A stretch of DNA of 64,000 bases from an uncultured Chloroflexia bacterium. Lineage in GTDB: Bacteria > Chloroflexota > Limnocylindria > Limnocylindrales > CSP1-4. Every line of letters begins with the position of its first letter. The first letter of the stretch is position 1. The notes under the pieces were generated by a model. That model saw only the letters and a program-made list of their open reading frames with translations, made no database searches and was not told where the DNA came from. The translations under genes and the position numbers were made by a program. Location of the stretch: NCBI GenBank assembly GCA_963813305.1, contig CAWEYP010000006.1, forward strand, positions 123,048 to 187,047, written 5' to 3'. Positions 45,601 through 53,485 of this stretch are shown here, piece after piece.

Positions 45601-46009
45601 GACTACCGTTTGGGGACTGCTCCCGGACGAATGCGCACGTAGCGAATGTGGTAGCGCATCCTGCCGACGGCTGACGGGCGGGTCTTGGCGCCCTCGGACG
45701 GACGCGGGGCTCGACGGCGGCGCAGGATGCCCCGCCCCACCGGTGGCACGCTCTCACATCACCTGACGCCGCTTTGACCCCGCCCGCTCGGCACCCGGGG
45801 TCGCGTCCCCGGCGAGCTCCTGCGACGACGGCGCGCCAACTGCGGGCTGTTTGTCACTCGTCAATCGCGCGTGCCCTGCCGATGATCCAAACGACGGCAC
45901 ACGAACCCGCTCGACCCGCAGACCTGCCGTCGACGGCAGCCGCGGAGCTGCCTCGGAGAGTGCGTTGCCCGGAAGACTGCTGCACCGGGACAAGCAGAGA
46001 CGGCGAGCC

Positions 46010-46261
46010 ATGGTCTCGGCGGTCGTCGTCGCCGAGCCGGTCCGGTGCGTCGAGTGCGGAATCTGCACGTACAACTGCCCGCTGGGCATCGACGTCCGCA
46101 CCCACGCCCGACTGGGGCAGCCCGTTGCCGACACCTACTGCCTGACCTGCGGCGAGTGCGTCGCCCGCTGCCCGCGCGGCACCTTGCGTTTCGAGATGTC
46201 GGCGGTGTTCAACTCCGGGCTCCACCCGCGGGGGTGGATGAGATGGCCCGACGCTACGTGA
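46010..46261 (+). CDS. 2x[4Fe-4S] ferredoxin
   Basis: CVECGICTYNCP and CLTCGECVARCP motifs. Overlaps the next gene by 19 nt. Confidence 0.7.
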   Translation: MVSAVVVAEPVRCVECGICTYNCPLGIDVRTHARLGQPVADTYCLTCGECVARCPRGTLRFEMSAVFNSGLHPRGWMRWPDAT

Positions 46262-47562
46262 TCGTCGGCAACGGACCGGCCGGCCTGACGGCGGCAGAGA
46301 CGATCCGCCGCAACGACCAGTCCGGTGAGATCCGGATCGTCGGTAGCGAGGACCACCGCTTCTACTCCCGTCCCGGCCTGGCCTACCTGCTGACGGGAGC
46401 CATCCCGGAGAAGCGGCTCTTCTCGCGCCCGGACTCGGAGTACGAGCGGGCCCGCATCCACAGATCCGTGGGGACCGTGCAGCGGATCGAGCCTGCGGAT
46501 CACCTGATCACGCTCGCCGACGGCCGGACGATGACCTACGACCGCCTGCTGCTGGCCGTCGGGGCTCGAGCCGTGCGGCCGTCGATCCCCGGCTCCGATC
46601 TCGACGGCGTGGTGACGCTCGACAACCTCGACGACGCACGTCGCATCCTGCGCCTCGCGCGCCGGGCCAAGCGCGGGTGTGTCGTCGGAGGCGGGATCAC
46701 GGCAGTCGAGCTGGCCGAGGGCCTGGCGGCACAGCGGGTCGAGACGCACTACCTGATGCGCGGTGACCGCTACTGGGCGAGCGTCCTCAGCCCGCACGAG
46801 TCGGCGCTCGTCGAGGAGCGCCTCGTCGAGGACGGCATCCGCATCCACCCTGGCATGGAGCTGGCCCGCGTGATCGGGCGCAAGGACCGGGTCTCGGCGG
46901 TCGAGACCCAGACCGGGGCCGTGCTGCCGTGCGATCTCCTCGCGGTGGCGATCGGCACGCTGCCGCGAATCGAGGTGGCGCAGCAGGCGGGCCTCGAGAC
47001 CGGCCGCGGTATCTGGACCGACGACACCTTCCAGACCAGCGACCCCGACATCTTCGCCGCCGGCGATGCCGCCGAGGTGCTCGACGCGGCCACCGGCAAG
47101 CGCGGTCTCGACAGCCTGTGGTCCGTCGCCATCGAGCAGGGCCGGGCCGCCGGGGACAACCTGAGCGGCGTCATCCGCCACTACCGCCGGCCTGCGCCGT
47201 TCAACGTGACGAAGATCGGCGGGGTGACCACGACCCTCATCGGCGCCGTCGGCACCGGCGGCCGGGAGGGAGACCTGGTGACCCTGGCCCGAGGCGACAG
47301 CAACGCGTGGCGGGAGCAGCTGGATTCCTTCGCCGTCGTGTCAGACGCGGGTGCCAACCACCTCCGGCTCTCGCTGGGCGACGATCGGATCCTGGGCGCG
47401 GTCGTGATGGGCGACCAGGCGCTCTCGCGTCCATTGCAGCGCCTGATCCGGGAGCGGGTCGACATCCGCTCCGTGCGCGACCGGCTGATCCAGCGGCCGG
47501 CCGAGATCCACCGGGAGCTCGTGGCGCTCATGGAGAGGACGGCCTCGCTTGGCGCGGTATAG
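46243..47562 (+). CDS. FAD-dependent pyridine nucleotide-disulfide oxidoreductase (NAD(P)H:acceptor reductase)
   Basis: Two Rossmann GxGxxG motifs (VIVGNGPAGLTAAE; CVVGGGITAVELAE) and an FAD C-terminal motif (IFAAGDAAEV). Confidence 0.85.
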   Translation: MARRYVIVGNGPAGLTAAETIRRNDQSGEIRIVGSEDHRFYSRPGLAYLLTGAIPEKRLFSRPDSEYERARIHRSVGTVQRIEPADHLITLADGRTMTYDRLLLAVGARAVRPSIPGSDLDGVVTLDNLDDARRILRLARRAKRGCVVGGGITAVELAEGLAAQRVETHYLMRGDRYWASVLSPHESALVEERLVEDGIRIHPGMELARVIGRKDRVSAVETQTGAVLPCDLLAVAIGTLPRIEVAQQAGLETGRGIWTDDTFQTSDPDIFAAGDAAEVLDAATGKRGLDSLWSVAIEQGRAAGDNLSGVIRHYRRPAPFNVTKIGGVTTTLIGAVGTGGREGDLVTLARGDSNAWREQLDSFAVVSDAGANHLRLSLGDDRILGAVVMGDQALSRPLQRLIRERVDIRSVRDRLIQRPAEIHRELVALMERTASLGAV

Positions 47563-48220
47563 GGAGCTCATGCTGGCGCTGCTGGCCATCGTCGGCATCA
47601 CCGTGGTATACGGCAGCTACGTCCGTGCCGTCGACGTTCCCGCGGCGAGCGGCCTGCTCGGCCACTCCCTGGGGATCGTCGGCTTCACGATGATGCTGAT
47701 GACGGAGACGCTCTACTCGGTCCGCAAGCGGGCCATGCGGCGGCCGCGGGGAACGATGCGCTCCTGGCTGCGGTTCCACATCTTCACCGGGATCGTCGGC
47801 CCCTACCTCGTCGTGCTCCACGCCGCCTGGACCTTCAACGGGCTGGCGGGGGCGCTGACGGCCATGACGGTCGTCGTCGTGGCCAGCGGCTTCGTCGGGC
47901 GATACATCTACACCGCGGTGCCGCGCACGGCGGACGGGGTGGTGATCGAGGCGCAGGAGCTGCAGCTGCTGCTGGACGCCGCGCGGCAGGAGGTGGCGCA
48001 CCCATCGACCGAGAACGGGGCGTCCGGTGCAGCACGGGGCCGGGAGCGGGCGGCGTCGCGCCGGCTGCGCGAGCTGGAACGGCAGATGGCTGCGCTCCGC
48101 TGGGCGCGGCGCACCCTGGCGACCTGGCACACGATCCACATCCCCCTGGGGATGGCCCTCTTCGTGACGGCCTTCGCGCATATCGGGGCTGCCGTCTATT
48201 ACGCAACGCTGCTGCGCTGA
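47549..48220 (+). CDS. 4-TM integral membrane protein, putative di-heme b-type cytochrome membrane anchor
   Basis: Four hydrophobic helices. Conserved His residues lie in TM2 (LRFHIFTG...LHAAW) and TM4 (WHTIHIPLG...FAHIGAAVYY). Operonic with the multiheme cytochrome. Confidence 0.55.
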   Translation: MARYRELMLALLAIVGITVVYGSYVRAVDVPAASGLLGHSLGIVGFTMMLMTETLYSVRKRAMRRPRGTMRSWLRFHIFTGIVGPYLVVLHAAWTFNGLAGALTAMTVVVVASGFVGRYIYTAVPRTADGVVIEAQELQLLLDAARQEVAHPSTENGASGAARGRERAASRRLRELERQMAALRWARRTLATWHTIHIPLGMALFVTAFAHIGAAVYYATLLR

Positions 48221-48229
48221 GGCGACGAG

Positions 48230-49837
48230 ATGCGCCGTCCGCTGGGCTGCATGACCTTCTCGGCGCTCGTTGCCGCCGTCCTGACGTTCCTCGCGATCCT
48301 CGCCGCCGCCGCCCTCACCGGCAACGGGATCTTCAGCCCCGGCTCGCTCAGCGGCGTCGCGCGAGGCGCCCCGATCGAGGGCGTGAGCTCCCACGCCGAG
48401 CTCGAAGCCCGGTGCGACGCCTGTCACGCGACCGCCTTCTCGGGCCACCGGATGGCCGACCGGTGCCTGGACTGCCATACCCAGGTGCAGCAGGAGATCT
48501 CCTCCGGGGACGGGCTGCACGGCCTGTTGGCCCCGGTGGACGACTGCCGCGGCTGCCACACGGACCACCGGGGCGCGACGGCCTCGCTCACGCTGGCGGA
48601 CCCGGCCGTCTTCCCCCACGACCGGACGGGCTACTCCCTGCGCGCGCACCCGCTCCGCGCCGGTGGCGGCAGCTTCGGGTGCCTGGATTGCCACCCCGGC
48701 TCGCCGACGTCGTTCACGCCACCCGCCTGCATCGCCTGCCACGAGGAGCGCGATCAACCCTACATGGCGCAGCACGTCGGGACCTTCGGCACGGCCTGCC
48801 TGAACTGCCACGACGGGATCGACTCCTACGGGGCCGCGTTCGACCATGCGACATACCCCCTGACCGGCGGGCACGGCGAGGCGCTGTGCGGCGCCTGTCA
48901 CCAGGGCGCGACGACCATCGAGGCGCTCCAGGCCACGGAGACCGCGTGCGCCGCCTGCCATGGAGCCGACGACGTCCACGACGGCCGCCTGGGCACCTCG
49001 TGCGGGGGGTGCCACACCCCCGCAACCTGGGCGAACGCGACCATCGACCACGACCTCACGCGCTTCCCCCTTGTCGGACGCCACGTGGGTCCGCTCTGCG
49101 AGTCCTGCCACGTCGACCAACAGTGGACGGGGATCGGCCTCACCTGCCGCAGCTGCCACGCCGTCGATGACCCGCACGCCGGGCAGTTCCCCGGTGACTG
49201 CGCGCGCTGCCACGCGCCCACCGGCTGGAAGGACGTCACCTTCGACCATGCCCAGACGGGGTTCGCTCTCAAGGGCGGGCACGCCAAACCCGCCTGTGCG
49301 GCCTGCCATCCGGACGGCCGGTACGTCGGGACGCCGACCTCGTGCATCGGATGCCACGCCGGTGACGACCGCCACAAGGGGACTTTCGGCAAGGACTGCG
49401 CCGCCTGCCACAAGGCGACGACCTGGGCCGACTGGACGTTCGACCACGCCAAGTCGTCGTTCCCGTTGACCGGTGCCCATCGCGGCGTGTCCTGCCAGGG
49501 CTGCCATGCAGGCGGCAAGTTCCAGGGAACGCCGAGCACGTGCTCGGCCTGCCATGCCAGGCCTGCCTCGCACGGCACCGTCCTTCGCGGCAACTGCGGA
49601 TCCTGCCACTCGACCCGAGCCTGGAAGCCCGCGTCGTTCAACGGGCCGCATCCGTTCCCCATGAACCATGGCGGCGCCGGTGGGTCCTGCGCTCAATGCC
49701 ACCCGTCTTCGCTGACCAGCTACTCCTGCACTCGATGCCACTCGAGAGCCGACATGGCGGAGCATCACAAGGAGGTGTTGGGGTTCTCGATGACCACGTG
49801 CGCGAGGTGCCATCCGAATGCCCAAGGGGGTGGCTGA
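48230..49837 (+). CDS. Membrane-anchored multiheme c-type cytochrome with 21 CxxCH motifs (doubled-CXXCH repeat architecture)
   Basis: 21 CxxCH motifs counted by eye in 535 aa. An approximately 25-aa repeat recurs (FDHxxTxFPLxGxHxxxxCxxCH). An N-terminal TM anchor is predicted (MTFSALVAAVLTFLAILAAAAL). Confidence 0.85.
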   Translation: MRRPLGCMTFSALVAAVLTFLAILAAAALTGNGIFSPGSLSGVARGAPIEGVSSHAELEARCDACHATAFSGHRMADRCLDCHTQVQQEISSGDGLHGLLAPVDDCRGCHTDHRGATASLTLADPAVFPHDRTGYSLRAHPLRAGGGSFGCLDCHPGSPTSFTPPACIACHEERDQPYMAQHVGTFGTACLNCHDGIDSYGAAFDHATYPLTGGHGEALCGACHQGATTIEALQATETACAACHGADDVHDGRLGTSCGGCHTPATWANATIDHDLTRFPLVGRHVGPLCESCHVDQQWTGIGLTCRSCHAVDDPHAGQFPGDCARCHAPTGWKDVTFDHAQTGFALKGGHAKPACAACHPDGRYVGTPTSCIGCHAGDDRHKGTFGKDCAACHKATTWADWTFDHAKSSFPLTGAHRGVSCQGCHAGGKFQGTPSTCSACHARPASHGTVLRGNCGSCHSTRAWKPASFNGPHPFPMNHGGAGGSCAQCHPSSLTSYSCTRCHSRADMAEHHKEVLGFSMTTCARCHPNAQGGG

Positions 49838-50017
49838 CAGCTGAGGCCACGCCACATCGGTACCTTGCCCGCACGCGAGACGTGGCCTGGGGCCGCTCCG
49901 CACGCCCTGTACGTGGTCGAGCTCGCTGCCTGCGCGGGCGCCCGAACGGCCCGTCACGTCGGGTGCACCGGCCACCCCGACGCGGTGCGGGGACCGGGGC
50001 GAGGGCGGCAGCATCGG

Positions 50018-50225
50018 GCGGTTCGAGCGCTGTAGGCCAGGCTCCCGGTCGTCGCCGAGGAAGCACGCGCGCTTCCGAGCACGAAATCGGCCGGGGTGTA
50101 GCGCAGTGGTAGCGCACGTGCTTTGGGGGAGCCGCTGGGCCCCGTGCGGCCCAGGGTCGGCAGTCCTGAGTACGAGGGGCCGAGCGGCGTAGGCACCGAT
50201 TATTGTGCGGTTCGCGAGTACGGAC
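50018..50225 (+). repeat. Copy A of the approximately 230-nt structured repeat (right end truncated), abutting the anti-sigma gene stop
   Basis: catcgggcgg...gagcgctgtaggcc...ggggtgtagcgcagtggtagcgcacgtgctttggg...ccgattattgtgcggttcgcgagtacgga. Confidence 0.7.
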
Positions 50226-51968
50226 CTACGGCGCGACGAGCGTGGTCGTGTAGATCGGGTCGCCGTGCAAATCGAGCGCCACGACGGTCCCCGAGTAGAG
50301 AGGCTGCTTCGGGCCGCACTCGGTGCGCCCGGTGCCGGCGGGCTCGACTGCGAACCCGTAGACGGTGTTCCTGGCCCCGACTTCCGAGGTGGCAAGCCAC
50401 GCCCCGGCCTCGACGAGCGTGACAGGCCAGCCCGCCTTGACCTTGCCGGTTGTCCCGATCGCCGTGACTCTGTTGGCGGTGGCTCGGACGCCCCCCTCCG
50501 TGTTCTGTGCGAGGTGGAGGCTCCCGTCCGGGCCGGCGAACGGCGGCAAGTAGAAGGAGGGGCAGGACGGGCAGGTCGTGCAGGCCCCACCCACGTTGAC
50601 GACGAGGTCGTCCTGGGACCTGTGTGGCCAGCCTGCTCGCAGCTGGCCTGATGGACCGAGGGCGTACGCGACAGTCTCCGCCCCAGGGCCCGCGACGACG
50701 TAGACCGAGCCGTCCGGCGCCACGACGGGCGGGAGTGGCGGAGACGCCACGTCGGACGCGGGCAGCGTCGTGTCGATCGGAAGCTGGACCGGCCAACCCC
50801 TGGCGAGGCGGCCGTCGCGGGTGAAGGCGTAGACCTGAGAGGACGCGCGAGGGGTGATGCGCCCCTCGTCGTCAACTGGCCAGCGGCCGGCCGTGACGTA
50901 GATGTCGCCGTCCGTGCCGAATGACGGAACCGACGCCCAGCCGGCGACGCTGATCGGCCAGCCGGTCGCGAGGCCGTCAAGAGTGAGGGCCGAGATCAGG
51001 GTCTCTTCGGTGTCGCCGCCCACGACATACGCGGTCCCGTCCGGTCCGATCGACGCTTGGAGACTGACGAGCTCAGGGTCCCGCAGGCTCACACCAATCC
51101 GCGTGGAGCCATCCCTGGCCACGCGGACCAGCGTCGCAGAAGCCCTGCCGGCTTCCCTATCGAGCAGGACGACGTAGAGGTCGCCGTTCACGAGCCCCGT
51201 CGGGTCGCTCAGATACCACTCGAGGCCGCCTCTCGGGAGGTCGACCGGCCAGCCCGCCATGAGTCGGCCCGACCCGTCAAGCGCGAAGGCTCGCAGCCGC
51301 CCCGTCTCTCCGATCGCGCAGACGGCGCGCACCGAGCCGTCGGAAGGGTCAGCGTCGAGCGTGCAACCTGTGGCCTTCTTCAGCAGCACCGGCCAGCCCG
51401 CGCGAACACTGCCCTCCGCGTCGAGTGATCCGAGGACGGTGCCGTTCTCTGCCGGGATCGCCACGAACAGCCCGCTGTCGGGGCCCGCCGCCAGGCCGAC
51501 TCTCGCCAGCTCGCCGGCGTTCCCCTTCACCGGGAAGGACGCCGCGGCAACCGCCGTCGCGACGAAGCTCGCAGCCGGCGTCGAGGTCGGGGCGGCGGAC
51601 GGCGTGGCCGCGGTCGGGGCGGCGGACGGCGTGTCGGCAGTGGAGGTTGGCGCGGCCGTGACGAGCGGCGTCGCCGTCGGGGGGAGGGGCGGCACCACGG
51701 CCGGCAGCTTCCGCTCCATCTGCGAGCCGACGATCAGCATCCCGCCGACGAGCGCGGCCAACAGGCCCGCACCGACGAGCAGGAGCACGGCCGGGCGCGA
51801 GACAGTGACAGGGCGCAGGCCGAGGGCCGCCGCCAGCCGGTCCGACAACGCGGCCGGTTCGGTCGCCGGGATGGCCGCAACCGCCCCTCGGAGGGCGTCG
51901 GGCACGGCTGGCGACGCCTGGGCGTCGAGCCAGTCGCGGAGCCGCCGCTCGGTCTCGCGCTCGTTCAT
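50226..51968 (-). CDS. Membrane anti-sigma factor with a large extracytoplasmic beta-propeller domain (repeated GWP motifs)
   Basis: Its ATG overlaps the ECF sigma stop (ATGA). It has an N-terminal cytoplasmic segment, one TM (AVLLLVGAGLLAALVGGMLIV), a Pro/Thr/Ala linker, and at least 8 repeats ending in AGWP/RGWP. Confidence 0.75.
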   Translation of the reverse strand: MNERETERRLRDWLDAQASPAVPDALRGAVAAIPATEPAALSDRLAAALGLRPVTVSRPAVLLLVGAGLLAALVGGMLIVGSQMERKLPAVVPPLPPTATPLVTAAPTSTADTPSAAPTAATPSAAPTSTPAASFVATAVAAASFPVKGNAGELARVGLAAGPDSGLFVAIPAENGTVLGSLDAEGSVRAGWPVLLKKATGCTLDADPSDGSVRAVCAIGETGRLRAFALDGSGRLMAGWPVDLPRGGLEWYLSDPTGLVNGDLYVVLLDREAGRASATLVRVARDGSTRIGVSLRDPELVSLQASIGPDGTAYVVGGDTEETLISALTLDGLATGWPISVAGWASVPSFGTDGDIYVTAGRWPVDDEGRITPRASSQVYAFTRDGRLARGWPVQLPIDTTLPASDVASPPLPPVVAPDGSVYVVAGPGAETVAYALGPSGQLRAGWPHRSQDDLVVNVGGACTTCPSCPSFYLPPFAGPDGSLHLAQNTEGGVRATANRVTAIGTTGKVKAGWPVTLVEAGAWLATSEVGARNTVYGFAVEPAGTGRTECGPKQPLYSGTVVALDLHGDPIYTTTLVAP

Positions 51969-52507
51969 CTCGTCACCTCGGGACGCTCGCCCTCGAGCGC
52001 GACGCCGAGGTCGCGCAGGGCATAGTGAAGGCGCGACTTGACCGTACCGGCCGGCACGCCGACCCGGGCCGCGATCTGGTCGATCGACAGGTCGCGGTAG
52101 TAGCGGAGGATCACGACGATCCGCTGGTCGGGATCGAGCCTCGCGAGGCCACGCCCCACGGCATCGCGGTCGGCGGCGACCGCCGCGATGTCGTCCGCGG
52201 CTGGGCTCATGGACAGCTCGTCGCTGAGGTCGGTGATCGGGTGCCTCCGGGTCCGGCGGAGGCGGTCGCGACAGACATTGACGAGGATCCGCCCGAACCA
52301 CGCCTCGAAGCGGGCTGGGTCGCGGAGCGAGCCCCAGTGCTTCCAGGCGGCGACGAAGGCATCGTGGGTCGCGTCCTCGGCCTCCGCCGGGTCGCCCAGG
52401 ATCAGCGCAGCGAGCCGGTAGCTGTCGGCGAGGTGGCGCTCGGCGAGCTCGGAGAACGCCGCCGCCCGGTCCGCGTTCGCGCTCCCGATCGCCCGCTCCC
52501 TGAGCAT
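51965..52507 (-). CDS. ECF (sigma-70 family group IV) RNA polymerase sigma factor
   Basis: Region 2 (DATHDAFVAAWKHWGSLRDPARFEAWFGRILVNVCRDRLRR) and region 4 (LDPDQRIVVILRYYRDLSIDQIAARVGVPAGTVKSRLHYALRDL). Confidence 0.85.
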   Translation of the reverse strand: MLRERAIGSANADRAAAFSELAERHLADSYRLAALILGDPAEAEDATHDAFVAAWKHWGSLRDPARFEAWFGRILVNVCRDRLRRTRRHPITDLSDELSMSPAADDIAAVAADRDAVGRGLARLDPDQRIVVILRYYRDLSIDQIAARVGVPAGTVKSRLHYALRDLGVALEGERPEVTR

Positions 52508-52767
52508 CTCGTCTCCGGCCTACCGATCGTCTCGGGCCCTGTCGAGGGGTCCTGCCTATCTGACGAACTGGTCGGGCAGAACGTTCAGCCGTGCGGCCAC
52601 CGCTCCTGGCCCGCGTTTCCGCGGGCCAGGAGCGAGTTGCCGCGTTCCGGTGGCCGTGGACTCGGCCGCGCGTCAAAGGCCTCCCGCCGCCGGTCACCAT
52701 AGGCGGCACTCGTTCGTCTGGCGAGAGGCGAACGGCTCCCGGGGCTCGGAGGCTGGGCGAAGGCGCG

Positions 52768-53010
52768 CATCGTGCGGTCCGAGCGCTGTAGGCTAGATCT
52801 TCGGGCGTCGCTCCCGAAGCACGTGCGCTTCCTGAGCACGAACTCGGCCGGGGTGTAGCGCAGTGGTAGCGCACGTGCTTTGGGAGCCGCAAGGGCGTTC
52901 GCGGCCTAGGGTGGCAGACCCTGAGCACGACCGGTCGAGCGGTGAAGGCACCGATTATTGTGCGGTTCGCGAGCACGAATTTGAAGCCGGGACTCCAGCG
53001 CTCGGCTCCG
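52768..53010 (+). repeat. Copy B of the structured repeat (full length with right extension), between the small Cys gene stop and the ECF sigma gene
   Basis: catcgtgcggtccgagcgctgtaggctag ... ggggtgtagcgcagtggtagcgcacgtgctttgggagccgcaagggcgttcgcggcctaggg ... ccgattattgtgcggttcgcgagcacgaa ... ccagcgctcggctcc. Confidence 0.75.
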
Positions 53011-53012
53011 AT

Positions 53013-53432
53013 CAGTCCAGGCACCTATCCTGGTGATCGGGCAACGGGGCGCTGCGATCGGGCAGCGGCGGTGCGAGCCCCTTGGTCGCCTCGATGATCC
53101 CCTTGAGGACATCCATAGGAACCGCCTCGGAGGTGACCGTGGCGGCGAAGCCGCGTCCCTCGGTGAGGATGGCCGGACGATCGAAGAGGACGTGGAGCCG
53201 GTCGATCAGGAGCGCGAGGTCGCGGGGACCGATCCGCAGGGTTCAGCGCTCGGTCGATCGCCGTTTCGACCGCGCACGGTACGACGGCGGCGGGGTGGCG
53301 GCGGCATTCGCAGGTCGCCTTCGTGACCAGATGGACCTCGACCGTCTTTCGCTGCGAGATCGTCGAGACGCTGGTCTCCGGAGGATCATCGAAGTCGAGT
53401 CTTCCGGGTTCCGGCTGCCCGACGCACATCAT
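53013..53432 (-). CDS. Small Cys-containing hypothetical protein (about 140 aa) with a frameshift near 53245. Its C-terminal approximately 50 codons are duplicated next to repeat copy D
   Basis: N-terminal part: MMCVGQPEPGRLDFDDPPETSVSTISQRKTVEVHLVTKATCECRRHPAAVVPCAVETAIDRA. C-terminal part, in an adjacent frame: LRIGPRDLALLIDRLHVLFDRPAILTEGRGFAATVTSEAVPMDVLKGIIEATKGLAPPLPD...DRCLD*. Confidence 0.4.
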
Positions 53433-53485
53433 CAATCGGTATCATTTCTGGGCGCAGGTCGCACGCGCGTCCCAAGCGAGGTTTC

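Noticed and set aside
44438-45766. 442-aa plus-strand ORF
   Set aside because: Extremely Arg/Pro/Gly-rich translation with no domain signal. It spans the degenerate repeat copy F. Probably non-coding or containing short decayed genes.
50090-50130. Possible tRNA gene (GGGGTGTAGCGCAGTGGTAGCGCAC) in each repeat copy
   Set aside because: Only the acceptor-stem plus D-arm equivalent is present. No anticodon stem-loop, T-arm (GTTCGAnTC) or CCA-end equivalents follow. Nowhere in the window is there a complete tRNA.
47528-50980. 1150-aa minus-strand ORF across the cytochrome operon and repeat A
   Set aside because: Antisense to four well-supported plus-strand genes. The translation is junk. It runs through the non-coding repeat.
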